This document shows, one piece after another, positions 35,025 to 43,441 of a stretch of DNA of 52,224 nt (the stretch's first letter is position 1; every line of letters starts with the position of its first letter). A program made the translations under genes and the position numbers. Origin of the DNA: Candidatus Woesearchaeota archaeon (GTDB lineage Archaea > Nanobdellota > Nanobdellia > Pacearchaeales > GW2011-AR1); NCBI GenBank assembly GCA_964457475.1, contig CAYWEK010000001.1, positions 1 through 52,224 on the forward strand, given 5' to 3'. The notes beneath the pieces were generated by a model. The model had not been told where the DNA came from. It was given only the letters and a program-made list of their open reading frames with translations, and did no database searches.

Positions 35025-37217
35025 ATGAGGAAAGGGCTGAAAAAGAGGTTCGTTTATTTTGGAGTTATTGCGCAAATCTTTCTTATGATTTCATTCAGTT
35101 TTACTCTTTCTTTTATCATAAATAATAATTTTGTTAATGCTGCAATTGATAATACTAATTTGGCTCTTGATAATCCTAGTGGAACAGGCATATCTACTAC
35201 GGCTGGGCTTGGTGGCGTTTCCGACTTCAACGGTTTTAACGGTCCGTATAATGGACTAGCTAATCAAATATTGCCTCCTCCAGCAGCTATAAATCCAGTC
35301 TCTGGATCCGCACCTATAATAGTATCACATGCAAATGGATATACTCCTTATCAATTACCTGGAGGTTTAGGCACTATTAGTAATCCTCTTCTTGGGCATC
35401 TTGCTCAAGGACTTGTTTGGGCCGGACTTGTTGCCGGAGCTATTCAATTATTAGGTGCTTTTGGTCTAGGAAAAGGAACAACTAATGCATTGACTATTTC
35501 TGCAGTTGGAGGCATTCTTGCTGGACAAGCCGTAACTGGAGCCTTTCAAAGCGGCTATCTAAACTCATTAGTGGCAGGTAATGGAAAATTTTTTGGATTG
35601 TTTAAGACTGCTGGACAGGCAGGCTTTGCAGTAGGAGCAGTAGTCGCAATAGCACTTTTCATCGCAACTTATTCATCCCAAACTAAAAAAATGGTGAACT
35701 TTCAATGCCTTCCTTTCCAACCAGCTCTTGGCGGCTCGCAATGCCAGAAGTGCAATAATAATCCTTTCGAGCCATGTACTGAATATAGATGCAGAGCACT
35801 AGGACAGGCATGTCAGCTACTAAATGCTGGAAGCAATGATCAACAGTGTGCGTGGGTAAGTCCAAATGATGTAGCTGCACCAACTATAACTCCATGGAAT
35901 GACGCGCTTTCCCCTACTGGATTAAAGTATACTCCTGATACTGCTGTAAATCCTCCGGCAATTGGAACGAAAATAGTTACATCTGGTGGAGGATGTCTTC
36001 CTGCTTTCACACCATTACAATTCGGTATTACTACGAATGAACCTGCACAGTGCAAAATAGATTATAATCATACTGCAAACTATAGTGATATGCAATATTA
36101 TTTTGGAGGAAGCAATTATTTTGATTACAATCATACTGAAATATTATCATTGCCCGGTCCAAATACTGGAAATAATTCTATTGCTCCAGCATTACAAAAT
36201 AATGGTCAATTCTCTCTTTATGTGAGGTGTATGGATGCAAATGGAAATACAAACGTTGCTGAATATGCATTCGCATTCTGTGTTGATCAAGGACCGGACA
36301 CAACTCCTCCAGTAATAGAAGGTTCTTCAATACCATCTGGAAGTTATGTTGGATATGGACAAAGCAATGTGCCTATAGAATTATACACGAATGAGCCGGC
36401 TACTTGTAACTGGGACACTCAAGATAAAGATTATGATTCTATGGCTAATAACATGACTTGTACAACACAAAGTTACCAAGTAAATGCAAATCTACAATAT
36501 ACATGTTTTGGAAATCTTACTGGAATTCAAAATAATAAAGATAATACTTTCTACTTTAGATGCAAGGATCAGCCTGACAAGCCTGATAATCAGAGAAATG
36601 TTGATGTACAAAGTACAACTATTGTATTGAAGGGGAGCCAACCTTTAGTGATTCTTTCTGCTGCACCAAATGGAACTATAACTGGAAGTACGGATACAAT
36701 ACCTGTTAATCTACAGCTTGAAACAAGTGCTGGAGCAACTGGGGATGGTAATTCAACATGTTCATTCTCTTCAACAGGACAAAATGACAGCTATGTCGCG
36801 ATGTTCCAGACAGATAGCTTTACACACAGTCAGACACTTAACCTAGCTACAGGAGATTATACATATTATTTCAGATGCATAGATTCTGGAGGAAACGCTG
36901 CGGAAACCAACACGACTTTCAGTGTGTCTGTTGATACTCAGCCTCCAATAGTAACAAGAGTATACAAGCAGGATGCATTGAAGATAGTCACAAATGAGAA
37001 CGCCCAATGTAGCTATTCTCTTACTTCCTGTAACTTTAATATAGCTGATGGGATAAAGATGATATATTCGAATCCAGACATACAGAATAATCTATTTGCT
37101 GAATGGAAATCAAGCCAGACATATTATATAAGATGCATGGACTTGTATGGAAATGAACCTGCTCCAAATCAATGTAGCATAATTGTAAGTCCTGTTACAA
37201 TAAGCGGAGCTCAATAG
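35025..37217 (+). CDS. Membrane/surface protein C2 (paralog of the C-terminal half of the 1292-aa protein)
   Basis: Signal anchor, a Gly/Ala-rich hydrophobic block (~35390-35680), a Cys knot (CLPFQPALGGSQCQKCNNNPFEPCTEYRCRALGQACQ) and four repeats (NEPATCNWDTQDKDYDSMANN, YYFRCIDSGGN, DTQPPIVTRVY, YYIRCMDLYGN). It has its own TATA 25 nt upstream. Confidence 0.7.
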   Translation: MRKGLKKRFVYFGVIAQIFLMISFSFTLSFIINNNFVNAAIDNTNLALDNPSGTGISTTAGLGGVSDFNGFNGPYNGLANQILPPPAAINPVSGSAPIIVSHANGYTPYQLPGGLGTISNPLLGHLAQGLVWAGLVAGAIQLLGAFGLGKGTTNALTISAVGGILAGQAVTGAFQSGYLNSLVAGNGKFFGLFKTAGQAGFAVGAVVAIALFIATYSSQTKKMVNFQCLPFQPALGGSQCQKCNNNPFEPCTEYRCRALGQACQLLNAGSNDQQCAWVSPNDVAAPTITPWNDALSPTGLKYTPDTAVNPPAIGTKIVTSGGGCLPAFTPLQFGITTNEPAQCKIDYNHTANYSDMQYYFGGSNYFDYNHTEILSLPGPNTGNNSIAPALQNNGQFSLYVRCMDANGNTNVAEYAFAFCVDQGPDTTPPVIEGSSIPSGSYVGYGQSNVPIELYTNEPATCNWDTQDKDYDSMANNMTCTTQSYQVNANLQYTCFGNLTGIQNNKDNTFYFRCKDQPDKPDNQRNVDVQSTTIVLKGSQPLVILSAAPNGTITGSTDTIPVNLQLETSAGATGDGNSTCSFSSTGQNDSYVAMFQTDSFTHSQTLNLATGDYTYYFRCIDSGGNAAETNTTFSVSVDTQPPIVTRVYKQDALKIVTNENAQCSYSLTSCNFNIADGIKMIYSNPDIQNNLFAEWKSSQTYYIRCMDLYGNEPAPNQCSIIVSPVTISGAQ

Positions 37218-37228
37218 TTAAATTAATT

Positions 37229-37618
37229 TTAACTGAAAAATTGGCCGAATTTTTGTCCTACTTCCTTTGCTTTTGCTCTTCTAACAACAAAATTCTTTCC
37301 TGAATCCTCAAGTTGCTCTGGGAAGATAAAAAGCCAACCTTCATAAGTAAATCTAAGTGCAATCACTGGCTTTAGTCCAATTATATTTGAGAAAAGAATA
37401 AAATCCTCTATCTGTGACTTCTTTATATAGATATAATTGCTTCTTGAAGATTTTGCCTCTATAGTATGTCCTTTCTGACCTACTTTTCCAACTATTATAT
37501 CACATGGAGATTCATCATTAACTCCTGAACCAGCAACTCTAACAGCTCTCCAGCCATTTTCGGTGAATAAGGAAACTAATTCCCTTTCGGCATTTGAGCC
37601 TTTTGACTTATTTGACAT
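37229..37618 (-). CDS. hjc: Holliday junction resolvase Hjc
   Basis: KGSNAERELVSLFTENGWRAVRVAGSG...CDIIVGK...IEAKSS is the archaeal Hjc nuclease motif set. Confidence 0.8.
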   Translation of the reverse strand: MSNKSKGSNAERELVSLFTENGWRAVRVAGSGVNDESPCDIIVGKVGQKGHTIEAKSSRSNYIYIKKSQIEDFILFSNIIGLKPVIALRFTYEGWLFIFPEQLEDSGKNFVVRRAKAKEVGQKFGQFFS

Positions 37619-37619
37619 A

Positions 37620-37787
37620 TTAATTAGCAGTTCTCGCAGAATGGTTGATTATCATACCTATTGCAATAACTATTATGATTAGCGGTATCCAAGGTACATT
37701 AATACTAACTACCCCCATATCACTCAGCAACCATATTATTCCTAAAATCAACAAAATTACTGCAAAAGTTGGGAATCTTCTTTTCAT
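37620..37787 (-). CDS. Small membrane protein, 55 aa, 2 TM (below the ORF-track cutoff)
   Basis: My own translation is MKRRFPTFAVILLILGIIWLLSDMGVVSINVPWIPLIIIVIAIGMIINHSARTAN. A strong SD is present (aagaggtgataaaATG). Its stop lies 1 nt from the hjc start. Confidence 0.45.
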   Translation of the reverse strand: MKRRFPTFAVILLILGIIWLLSDMGVVSINVPWIPLIIIVIAIGMIINHSARTAN

Positions 37788-37868
37788 TTTATCACCTCTT
37801 AGAGATTAGACAATAAGAGTTTTTAAATTTTATTAGAAGAAAAAAAGGAAATAAAAAAGAAAAATAAT

Positions 37869-38684
37869 TTACCTTCCTCTTAATCTGTTAAATAGCGATT
37901 GCCAAAATCCTACCTTCGCTCCGCTTCCATTCAAAGAACCAACTATTCCTCCGCCAGAGATATTTCCTCTATTGTCTGAAGGCATATTCTGAGGATTACC
38001 AACCACTCTAGGTTGGACGATTCCACTTGACTTAGAAGCTATTGAGACGCTATATGTGCCAGCAAAATTTCCAGAGTTCAGATTCAAATTTCCTGTCCAG
38101 ATAGATACTGCTGAATAATCAGTAGAAGAGAGACTTAAAGTCCCCAACGAATTTGAATTACTTTTATCGTTCGTTGCATAAACATTAAAGACTAAACTTG
38201 CGTTTGTTGAAGCACCCATATCTTCAACTATTTTAAACGCACCACGATTGGCTCCGACATCTATATTTATTCTTCCATCAGTTCTTTTTATGAAACTAGT
38301 GTTGACTGCATTCGCCAATGCGCCTCTTATTGCCTGATTCCTGTCCCTTGAGTCATTCTGGTATTGGCTCCTTATACTATTTATATCGCTACTAGATATA
38401 TTTGTTAAAGTTTGTGTTACCCACAATGCGTTGAAAAGATAACCTGTACTATTAGTACTAGAAGTTATCCATCCTTGCCCATATGTGATTACGCTTGAAC
38501 TTACCATTCTATAACCAGATGATTGGTTTAAGTCTGAGAGAGATGAACTAATGTCATCGCTAACACTTGCTGGAGTTATGGTTGAAAAATCTGTGCCATT
38601 ATCATCTGCAACAGCAAATGAAGTGGCAAATACTCCTGCGACTAGCAAAAAGGTCATCGCAAACATAGTTATTTTACTTGTCAT
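37869..38684 (-). CDS. Secreted S/N-rich protein (271 aa), unknown function
   Basis: Signal peptide MTSKITMFAMTFLLVAGVFATSFAVA, with an SD (aaaggaggaaaaa) upstream. Confidence 0.55.
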   Translation of the reverse strand: MTSKITMFAMTFLLVAGVFATSFAVADDNGTDFSTITPASVSDDISSSLSDLNQSSGYRMVSSSVITYGQGWITSSTNSTGYLFNALWVTQTLTNISSSDINSIRSQYQNDSRDRNQAIRGALANAVNTSFIKRTDGRINIDVGANRGAFKIVEDMGASTNASLVFNVYATNDKSNSNSLGTLSLSSTDYSAVSIWTGNLNLNSGNFAGTYSVSIASKSSGIVQPRVVGNPQNMPSDNRGNISGGGIVGSLNGSGAKVGFWQSLFNRLRGR

Positions 38685-38787
38685 TTTATTTTTCCTCCTT
38701 TCAGTCTATAATATGTCTTTTTCATAGAAATTGTAGTGAAAAAAAGTATAAATAAGTCGCCTGGAACTAAAGTGGAACGATATTGAT

Positions 38788-39552
38788 CTATTTTCCTACC
38801 AACTCTACCAGCTTATTTTTTCCTTCTCCAAACCTTCTTACCAAACCTTTTTTCTCCAATTCTTGCAAATGCCTTGAGAATGAAGCCTTAGGTATATTAG
38901 ACAGTTTCCTCAAATAGGACATTTTTATTTTACCAGTTTTTTTCAGATTTGAGAGAATAATCTTTTCTCTTTCATTTAATACTTTCTCTATTATTTCAAG
39001 ATTTGAGATTTTATTATTTTTATTATTAATATTTAGCTTTCTTTTATTCTTTTTACTCATTCTTACATTGAAAAAAACTATCAGAGATATTAAAGCGGCA
39101 ATTGCTATTATAAGAAAGACAATTATTGTTATTGGACTACTATCTTGACTTTGTGAGGTAAAAGAGTAAGTTATATTTAAATAATCTTTCGAAGAAACTA
39201 TTACATCTCTATCAGAAACTTCTATATCTCCGTTGGAGTTGCTTGTTATTTTTATACTGTTAGGAAGAATTAAGTTTAATGTTGAATATTTTAATGAATA
39301 TTGGAAAGTCCAATTATCTCCTTGTTTTGATGTTAAAGTATTAGTTATTCCAGATATTTTATAATTATTAACTTCCACACCATCCGGTAATGAAGAATTT
39401 GTGATATTATCTGTAGTTGTTCCAATAAAGACTGCTTCTCCAGTTTGGTCAAGATATATATTAATTGTTGAATAAGCTGATGCAATATTAGGCAAGACCA
39501 ATACTAGCATAACTCCTAATAACAGTGATAAAATTATCTTTTTAGCCCGCAT
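38788..39552 (-). CDS. Membrane-anchored transcriptional regulator: signal peptide, extracytoplasmic domain, TM helix and C-terminal winged HTH
   Basis: Met17 start (MRAKKIILSLLLGVMLVLVLPNIASA), TM helix ITIIVFLIIAIAALISLIVFF, and C-terminal wHTH MSYLRKLSNIPKASFSRHLQELEKKGLVRRFGEGKNKLVEL. The longer tracked N-terminus overlaps the upstream small gene. Confidence 0.6.
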   Translation of the reverse strand: MRAKKIILSLLLGVMLVLVLPNIASAYSTINIYLDQTGEAVFIGTTTDNITNSSLPDGVEVNNYKISGITNTLTSKQGDNWTFQYSLKYSTLNLILPNSIKITSNSNGDIEVSDRDVIVSSKDYLNITYSFTSQSQDSSPITIIVFLIIAIAALISLIVFFNVRMSKKNKRKLNINNKNNKISNLEIIEKVLNEREKIILSNLKKTGKIKMSYLRKLSNIPKASFSRHLQELEKKGLVRRFGEGKNKLVELVGK

Positions 39553-39565
39553 TTTTTGAATTGTC

Positions 39566-39733
39566 CTACAAATCTCTTGCCTGCAAAGTGCGGCGGCCAT
39601 TTAGTTTGGTCCTATTTGCCGCTACATCAAGCAATTCTTGAACTTTTTTGTTTAATGCATCTGGAACATCACCTGCAACAGACAAATCAGGAACAGCTGC
39701 TTTTATCTTACTTTTTATTATTAAATCAACCAT
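39566..39733 (-). CDS. DUF1931-like histone-fold small protein, 55 aa (below the ORF-track cutoff)
   Basis: My own translation is MVDLIIKSKIKAAVPDLSVAGDVPDALNKKVQELLDVAANRTKLNGRRTLQARDL. The ...A.NGR[KR]T[LV]..RD[LI] end matches the histone-fold alpha2-L2-alpha3 region. The ATG overlaps the lysS stop (ATGGTTGA). Confidence 0.55.
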   Translation of the reverse strand: MVDLIIKSKIKAAVPDLSVAGDVPDALNKKVQELLDVAANRTKLNGRRTLQARDL

Positions 39734-41237
39734 TATTTTTACCTCCTTTTTTATCTTTTTTATTCAGTATATCAGTTGGCTTCATAAGAGGGAAGATAAC
39801 TGTCTCTCTAATTGGTTTGCCTTCTAAGAATGCAAATAGTCTTTCTGAAACTCCAAAACCACAAGTTGGAGGCATACCATATTTCAAAGCTTCAACAAAG
39901 TCAACATCATGGCTTTGTGCCTCCGAATCCCCAGAATCCTTCATTGACTGTTGTTCCTTGAATCTTTCTTCCTGATCTATCGGATCATTTAATTCAGAAT
40001 ATCCATTTCCCACCTCACTCCCACCTAATATAACTTGAAAACGCTCTGTTTTTCTTGAATCTTTCTCATCTCTTTTTGCAAGAGGGGAGACATCAACTGT
40101 GGTCCCTACCAAAAATGCAGGGCCAGGGATCTTTGCACGACAATATTTCCATAGAGCATCAACAAGAGTTGAGTGACCAGCCTTCTTTTCATATTCAACC
40201 TTCAATTCTGAAAGTTTTTTTTCTATCTCATTATCTTTTGCCTTGAAAATATCTATCTTAGTCATTTTCTTTATCGTGTCTGCATAATCTATTCTTTCCC
40301 ATTTCTTGGACAAATCAAATTCGTGATCTCCAAACTTGAAATTCGTTCGATTATAAACTTCTTTAGCAATTTTTTTATACATTTCTTCAACCAACTTCAT
40401 GCCATCCTCATAATTTGCATATCCCCAATAAAATTCCATTTGTGAGTAATCCTGTAAGTGTTCAGCATCCATTCCTTCATTCCTGAATTGCCGACCTATC
40501 TCGAAAGTTTTTGGATAGCTAGCAACCATTAATCTTTTCTGCCAAAGCTCACCCATCGATATTCTTAAGTAAACATCCAAATCAAGTGAGTTATGATGAG
40601 TCACAAAGGGTTTTGCACTCGCTCCGCCTGCTGAAGTCTCCAAAACAGGAGTTTCAACTTCTAGAAATCCTCTTTCAATAAGAAAATTTCTTATAGTATT
40701 CCAAAATTTTGCCTTTCTTATGAAAATTTCTTTAACTTCCTGATTCATCAATATATCTAAATATCTTTTTCTTAATCTTTCTTCCGAATCCTGAAGTCCC
40801 TGCCATTTATCTGGTAATGGAAAAATTGATTTTGTAAGCAATATAATCTTACTCACTAAAATTGACAGCTCTCCTCTTTTAGTTCTTATTATATTACCTT
40901 CTGCAGCCACAAAATCTCCGGCATCAATATACTTTTTGAAAAAGTCAATTATCTTAGCAGGCGTCTCTTCTTCCTGAAGAATTATCTGGATTTTTCCATA
41001 ACCATCATTAACTGTCCCAAAAATTATCTTACCCATATCTCTTACAATCATCAATCTGCCTGAAACACTTACTGATTCCTTTGTCTTGCCTTCTTCTTTG
41101 AGTCCAGAATATTTTTCATGTAACTCAGATGATATATTGTCCGTCTTGTATTTAGAAAGATATGGATTTATCCCTAGTTTTTTCAATTCTGATAATTTCC
41201 TCAGTCTTTCTTTTACAATCTCATCTTGCCTTCCCAT
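39726..41237 (-). CDS. lysS: Lysyl-tRNA synthetase, class II
   Basis: An OB-fold N-domain is followed by a class II core (FLEVETPVL, FEIGRQFRNEG, GGSEVGNGYSELNDP, YGMPPTCGFGVSERL). A TATA is centred 26 nt upstream of the ATG. Confidence 0.9.
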   Translation of the reverse strand: MGRQDEIVKERLRKLSELKKLGINPYLSKYKTDNISSELHEKYSGLKEEGKTKESVSVSGRLMIVRDMGKIIFGTVNDGYGKIQIILQEEETPAKIIDFFKKYIDAGDFVAAEGNIIRTKRGELSILVSKIILLTKSIFPLPDKWQGLQDSEERLRKRYLDILMNQEVKEIFIRKAKFWNTIRNFLIERGFLEVETPVLETSAGGASAKPFVTHHNSLDLDVYLRISMGELWQKRLMVASYPKTFEIGRQFRNEGMDAEHLQDYSQMEFYWGYANYEDGMKLVEEMYKKIAKEVYNRTNFKFGDHEFDLSKKWERIDYADTIKKMTKIDIFKAKDNEIEKKLSELKVEYEKKAGHSTLVDALWKYCRAKIPGPAFLVGTTVDVSPLAKRDEKDSRKTERFQVILGGSEVGNGYSELNDPIDQEERFKEQQSMKDSGDSEAQSHDVDFVEALKYGMPPTCGFGVSERLFAFLEGKPIRETVIFPLMKPTDILNKKDKKGGKNNG

Positions 41238-41271
41238 TCTTTTGACTGGAAAAGGGCATTTATATAAATTA

Positions 41272-41616
41272 CTAATAACCTATGTCATCCAGTCTATGTA
41301 GAGCTGCCAAATGGGTGCCTATTGCTTTTCTAAAACGATAAAATCTATGCGCTGTAGTAACATGACCTGGAGAATCTTCATGGAATGCTCTTCTATCTCT
41401 TTCCAAGGCAGGCTCATTGTTTGTTATTAAAATTGTATATATCGGAATAAAAAAATAACGTCTACCTTTTATAGTTGTTACATTTAAATATTTTAAACTT
41501 GTTCTTTGGCTTACTGAGAATGTCCAGGCGTTAGAATGATCTCTCTTATTGAAAGATTCAGGCTTCAATCCATCCCAAAAGTCAGAAGTATAAGTATTAG
41601 TGTGTCCCGAATCCAT
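41272..41616 (-). CDS. Hypothetical protein (114 aa)
   Basis: ORF with its own TATA (tttataaaa) ~25 nt upstream of the ATG. No family recognised. Confidence 0.4.
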   Translation of the reverse strand: MDSGHTNTYTSDFWDGLKPESFNKRDHSNAWTFSVSQRTSLKYLNVTTIKGRRYFFIPIYTILITNNEPALERDRRAFHEDSPGHVTTAHRFYRFRKAIGTHLAALHRLDDIGY

Positions 41617-41660
41617 AAAAAAGAGGCTTAAACTTATTTTATAAAGATTTATGAGATGTA

Positions 41661-41936
41661 CTAAAAGTTGATTATTCTGAAATCTTTGAAACCTTGCAGG
41701 TGCTCTGACTTTTCTTCAGCTCCTCTTATCTGGGCATATTTCGGACCCTTTTTGCAAATTGCAGCCGCAGCGTCAACATTTACACTCTCTCCCTCAAGAA
41801 ATATCTCTGCTTTTCCATTTTCAAGCTTTCTAAAAAAGCCCTTCACATCAAGATTTTCCATATTTTCTTTTATAAATAGACGAAAAAACATTGATTGAAC
41901 TGTTCCAGTTAAATAAATTCTTATTGCTTTCTTCAT
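41661..41936 (-). CDS. acyP: Acylphosphatase-like protein
   Basis: IRIYLTGTVQSMFFRLFIKENMENLDVKGFFRKLENGKAEIFLEG follows the V.G.VQGV.FR...A...G..G.V.N...G.VE pattern. Confidence 0.65.
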   Translation of the reverse strand: MKKAIRIYLTGTVQSMFFRLFIKENMENLDVKGFFRKLENGKAEIFLEGESVNVDAAAAICKKGPKYAQIRGAEEKSEHLQGFKDFRIINF

Positions 41937-41968
41937 ATCTTAGAGCAAGAAATACTACTTAATATAGC

Positions 41969-42751
41969 TTACTCTGGAGTTTTTACCTGATTTGGTTCTA
42001 GAGCAGGTTTTTCAGGAAACCTTTCCTCAATCAACTTCAAATACTGGATTGCTCTCCACTCTTTTCCCAGAAGCTTCGCAGCTTGTTTGTCCATATCAAA
42101 AGGCATTCCTGCGAGAATTGAGCCTTGTTCGGAAGCGTCAATAAGAGTAAAGTCGGGCATTTTACAAGCTAAGATATCATTCAAAGAGAATTTTAGGGGC
42201 CAACGCCTTATTTTGCTTTTATCTTTTGAAAACAAGCCTTTATAATAACGGGCAGGGAAAGCTCCAAGCATGTTTGAAAGTGCACTTTGCATCTCAATTT
42301 CTGAATCTTCAGAAAGTTTTGGAAGTGAGATAACAAAACTGTCAAGAAGTATTTTTGGATACATTATTGAATCAAATTTCATGAAATTTGTACTAGTTAC
42401 TTCTTGCGCCTCAGTATTATTCAAATCTATAATGCCTATTGAATACTTTTCTGCGAGATTCTTGTAACCAAATTTCTCAAAAACCTCGAGAGTATCTTCT
42501 CCATCTGAACCTTCTGCAACAAATATCTTTGCGTCTGGATTTTTATTAGCAAGGCAATAGTTTAAAACTGCGTCTGTAAAATCAACAGAAGTGTTTTGGG
42601 AATTTGAGTTTCTTAAACTAGGCTTTAGAACAATCTTATCATGCTTCTTCAGCTCCTGATCCATCTTTATAAGGTCAAGCAGCTTTGGAATTGTCTCTGT
42701 ATACGACTTGAATTTTATAGAAACTCCTTTTGCCATATTTTTCTGGGGCAA
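41969..42751 (-). CDS. DUF362-like protein
   Basis: KIVLKPSL..., IFVAEGSDG and IGIIDLNNTE resemble DUF362 family proteins. Confidence 0.5.
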   Translation of the reverse strand: MPQKNMAKGVSIKFKSYTETIPKLLDLIKMDQELKKHDKIVLKPSLRNSNSQNTSVDFTDAVLNYCLANKNPDAKIFVAEGSDGEDTLEVFEKFGYKNLAEKYSIGIIDLNNTEAQEVTSTNFMKFDSIMYPKILLDSFVISLPKLSEDSEIEMQSALSNMLGAFPARYYKGLFSKDKSKIRRWPLKFSLNDILACKMPDFTLIDASEQGSILAGMPFDMDKQAAKLLGKEWRAIQYLKLIEERFPEKPALEPNQVKTPE

Positions 42752-42791
42752 ATTGAGCTTTTAAATATTGTTGTAATAAAAAATATTTAAT

Positions 42792-43403
42792 TTATACAGC
42801 AGATGCCTCTCTTCTATCCAGCTCATTGTTGACTACTGCGATTGTCTGAGAAGCAAAATAGACTTTTGGGCCTATTGTTATAGGCTTACAAATTTGCTTA
42901 AGCCTTTTTAGCTCCTTTAATGGAAGACCTTTGTGATCACCAAGTATAAAAATAGGATCTTTTTCTATTACGGCCGATCTTATATCTTCTCCGTCTGGAT
43001 CTAGAATATACAAATTCCTTCCTTCTTTATACAACTCCTTGACTACTTCTAAAAAACTCTTTTTCTCAACCCAAAAACCAGGAAACACCTCTCTTTTTTC
43101 TCCTTCCCTATACTTGTAAAGCATTTTTTTAAGCACGGCTGAAACATTTGTTTTTGCAAGATATATTTTATCTATACCTGTTTTTCCCTCTGTAACTGGT
43201 TTTATTTCTAAATGCTTTGGTGGATCAGGTGGTCCGGCAAAACAAAGATGCAACTTTGCATCAGCTCTTATCTTGTGGCTTAGGAAGAACGTCGCAATTA
43301 CTGTATGAATAGCGATATCGATGCGCCCAGACTGCTGCAGATCTTCTTTGATATAATTTCCTGAAGTAGGGGCAGTTCTTGAATAATAAATAAATTCTCC
43401 CAT
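42792..43403 (-). CDS. trmY: tRNA (pseudouridine54-N1)-methyltransferase TrmY (SPOUT/DUF358)
   Basis: MGEFIYYSRTAPTSGNY...GRIDIAIHTVIATFFLSHKIRADAKLHLCF and ILGDHKGL match TrmY. Confidence 0.7.
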   Translation of the reverse strand: MGEFIYYSRTAPTSGNYIKEDLQQSGRIDIAIHTVIATFFLSHKIRADAKLHLCFAGPPDPPKHLEIKPVTEGKTGIDKIYLAKTNVSAVLKKMLYKYREGEKREVFPGFWVEKKSFLEVVKELYKEGRNLYILDPDGEDIRSAVIEKDPIFILGDHKGLPLKELKRLKQICKPITIGPKVYFASQTIAVVNNELDRREASAV

Positions 43404-43441
43404 ATCTCATTTTAGAATCTTCCACTTTTAAGCTTTAGCAT

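Noticed and set aside
28042-37217. Homology of the Cys-rich proteins to eukaryotic/viral class II fusogens (fusexin/HAP2) or to known S-layer proteins
   Set aside because: This is attractive because of the disulfide-rich ectodomains and the membrane-active-looking block. I cannot identify any diagnostic motif by eye, so it remains a test to run and not a claim.
27058-37217. The surface-module cluster as a mobile element, prophage or integrated plasmid
   Set aside because: There is no integrase, transposase, capsid or replication gene. I could see no flanking direct repeats or adjacent tRNA target. The RHH gene alone is insufficient evidence.
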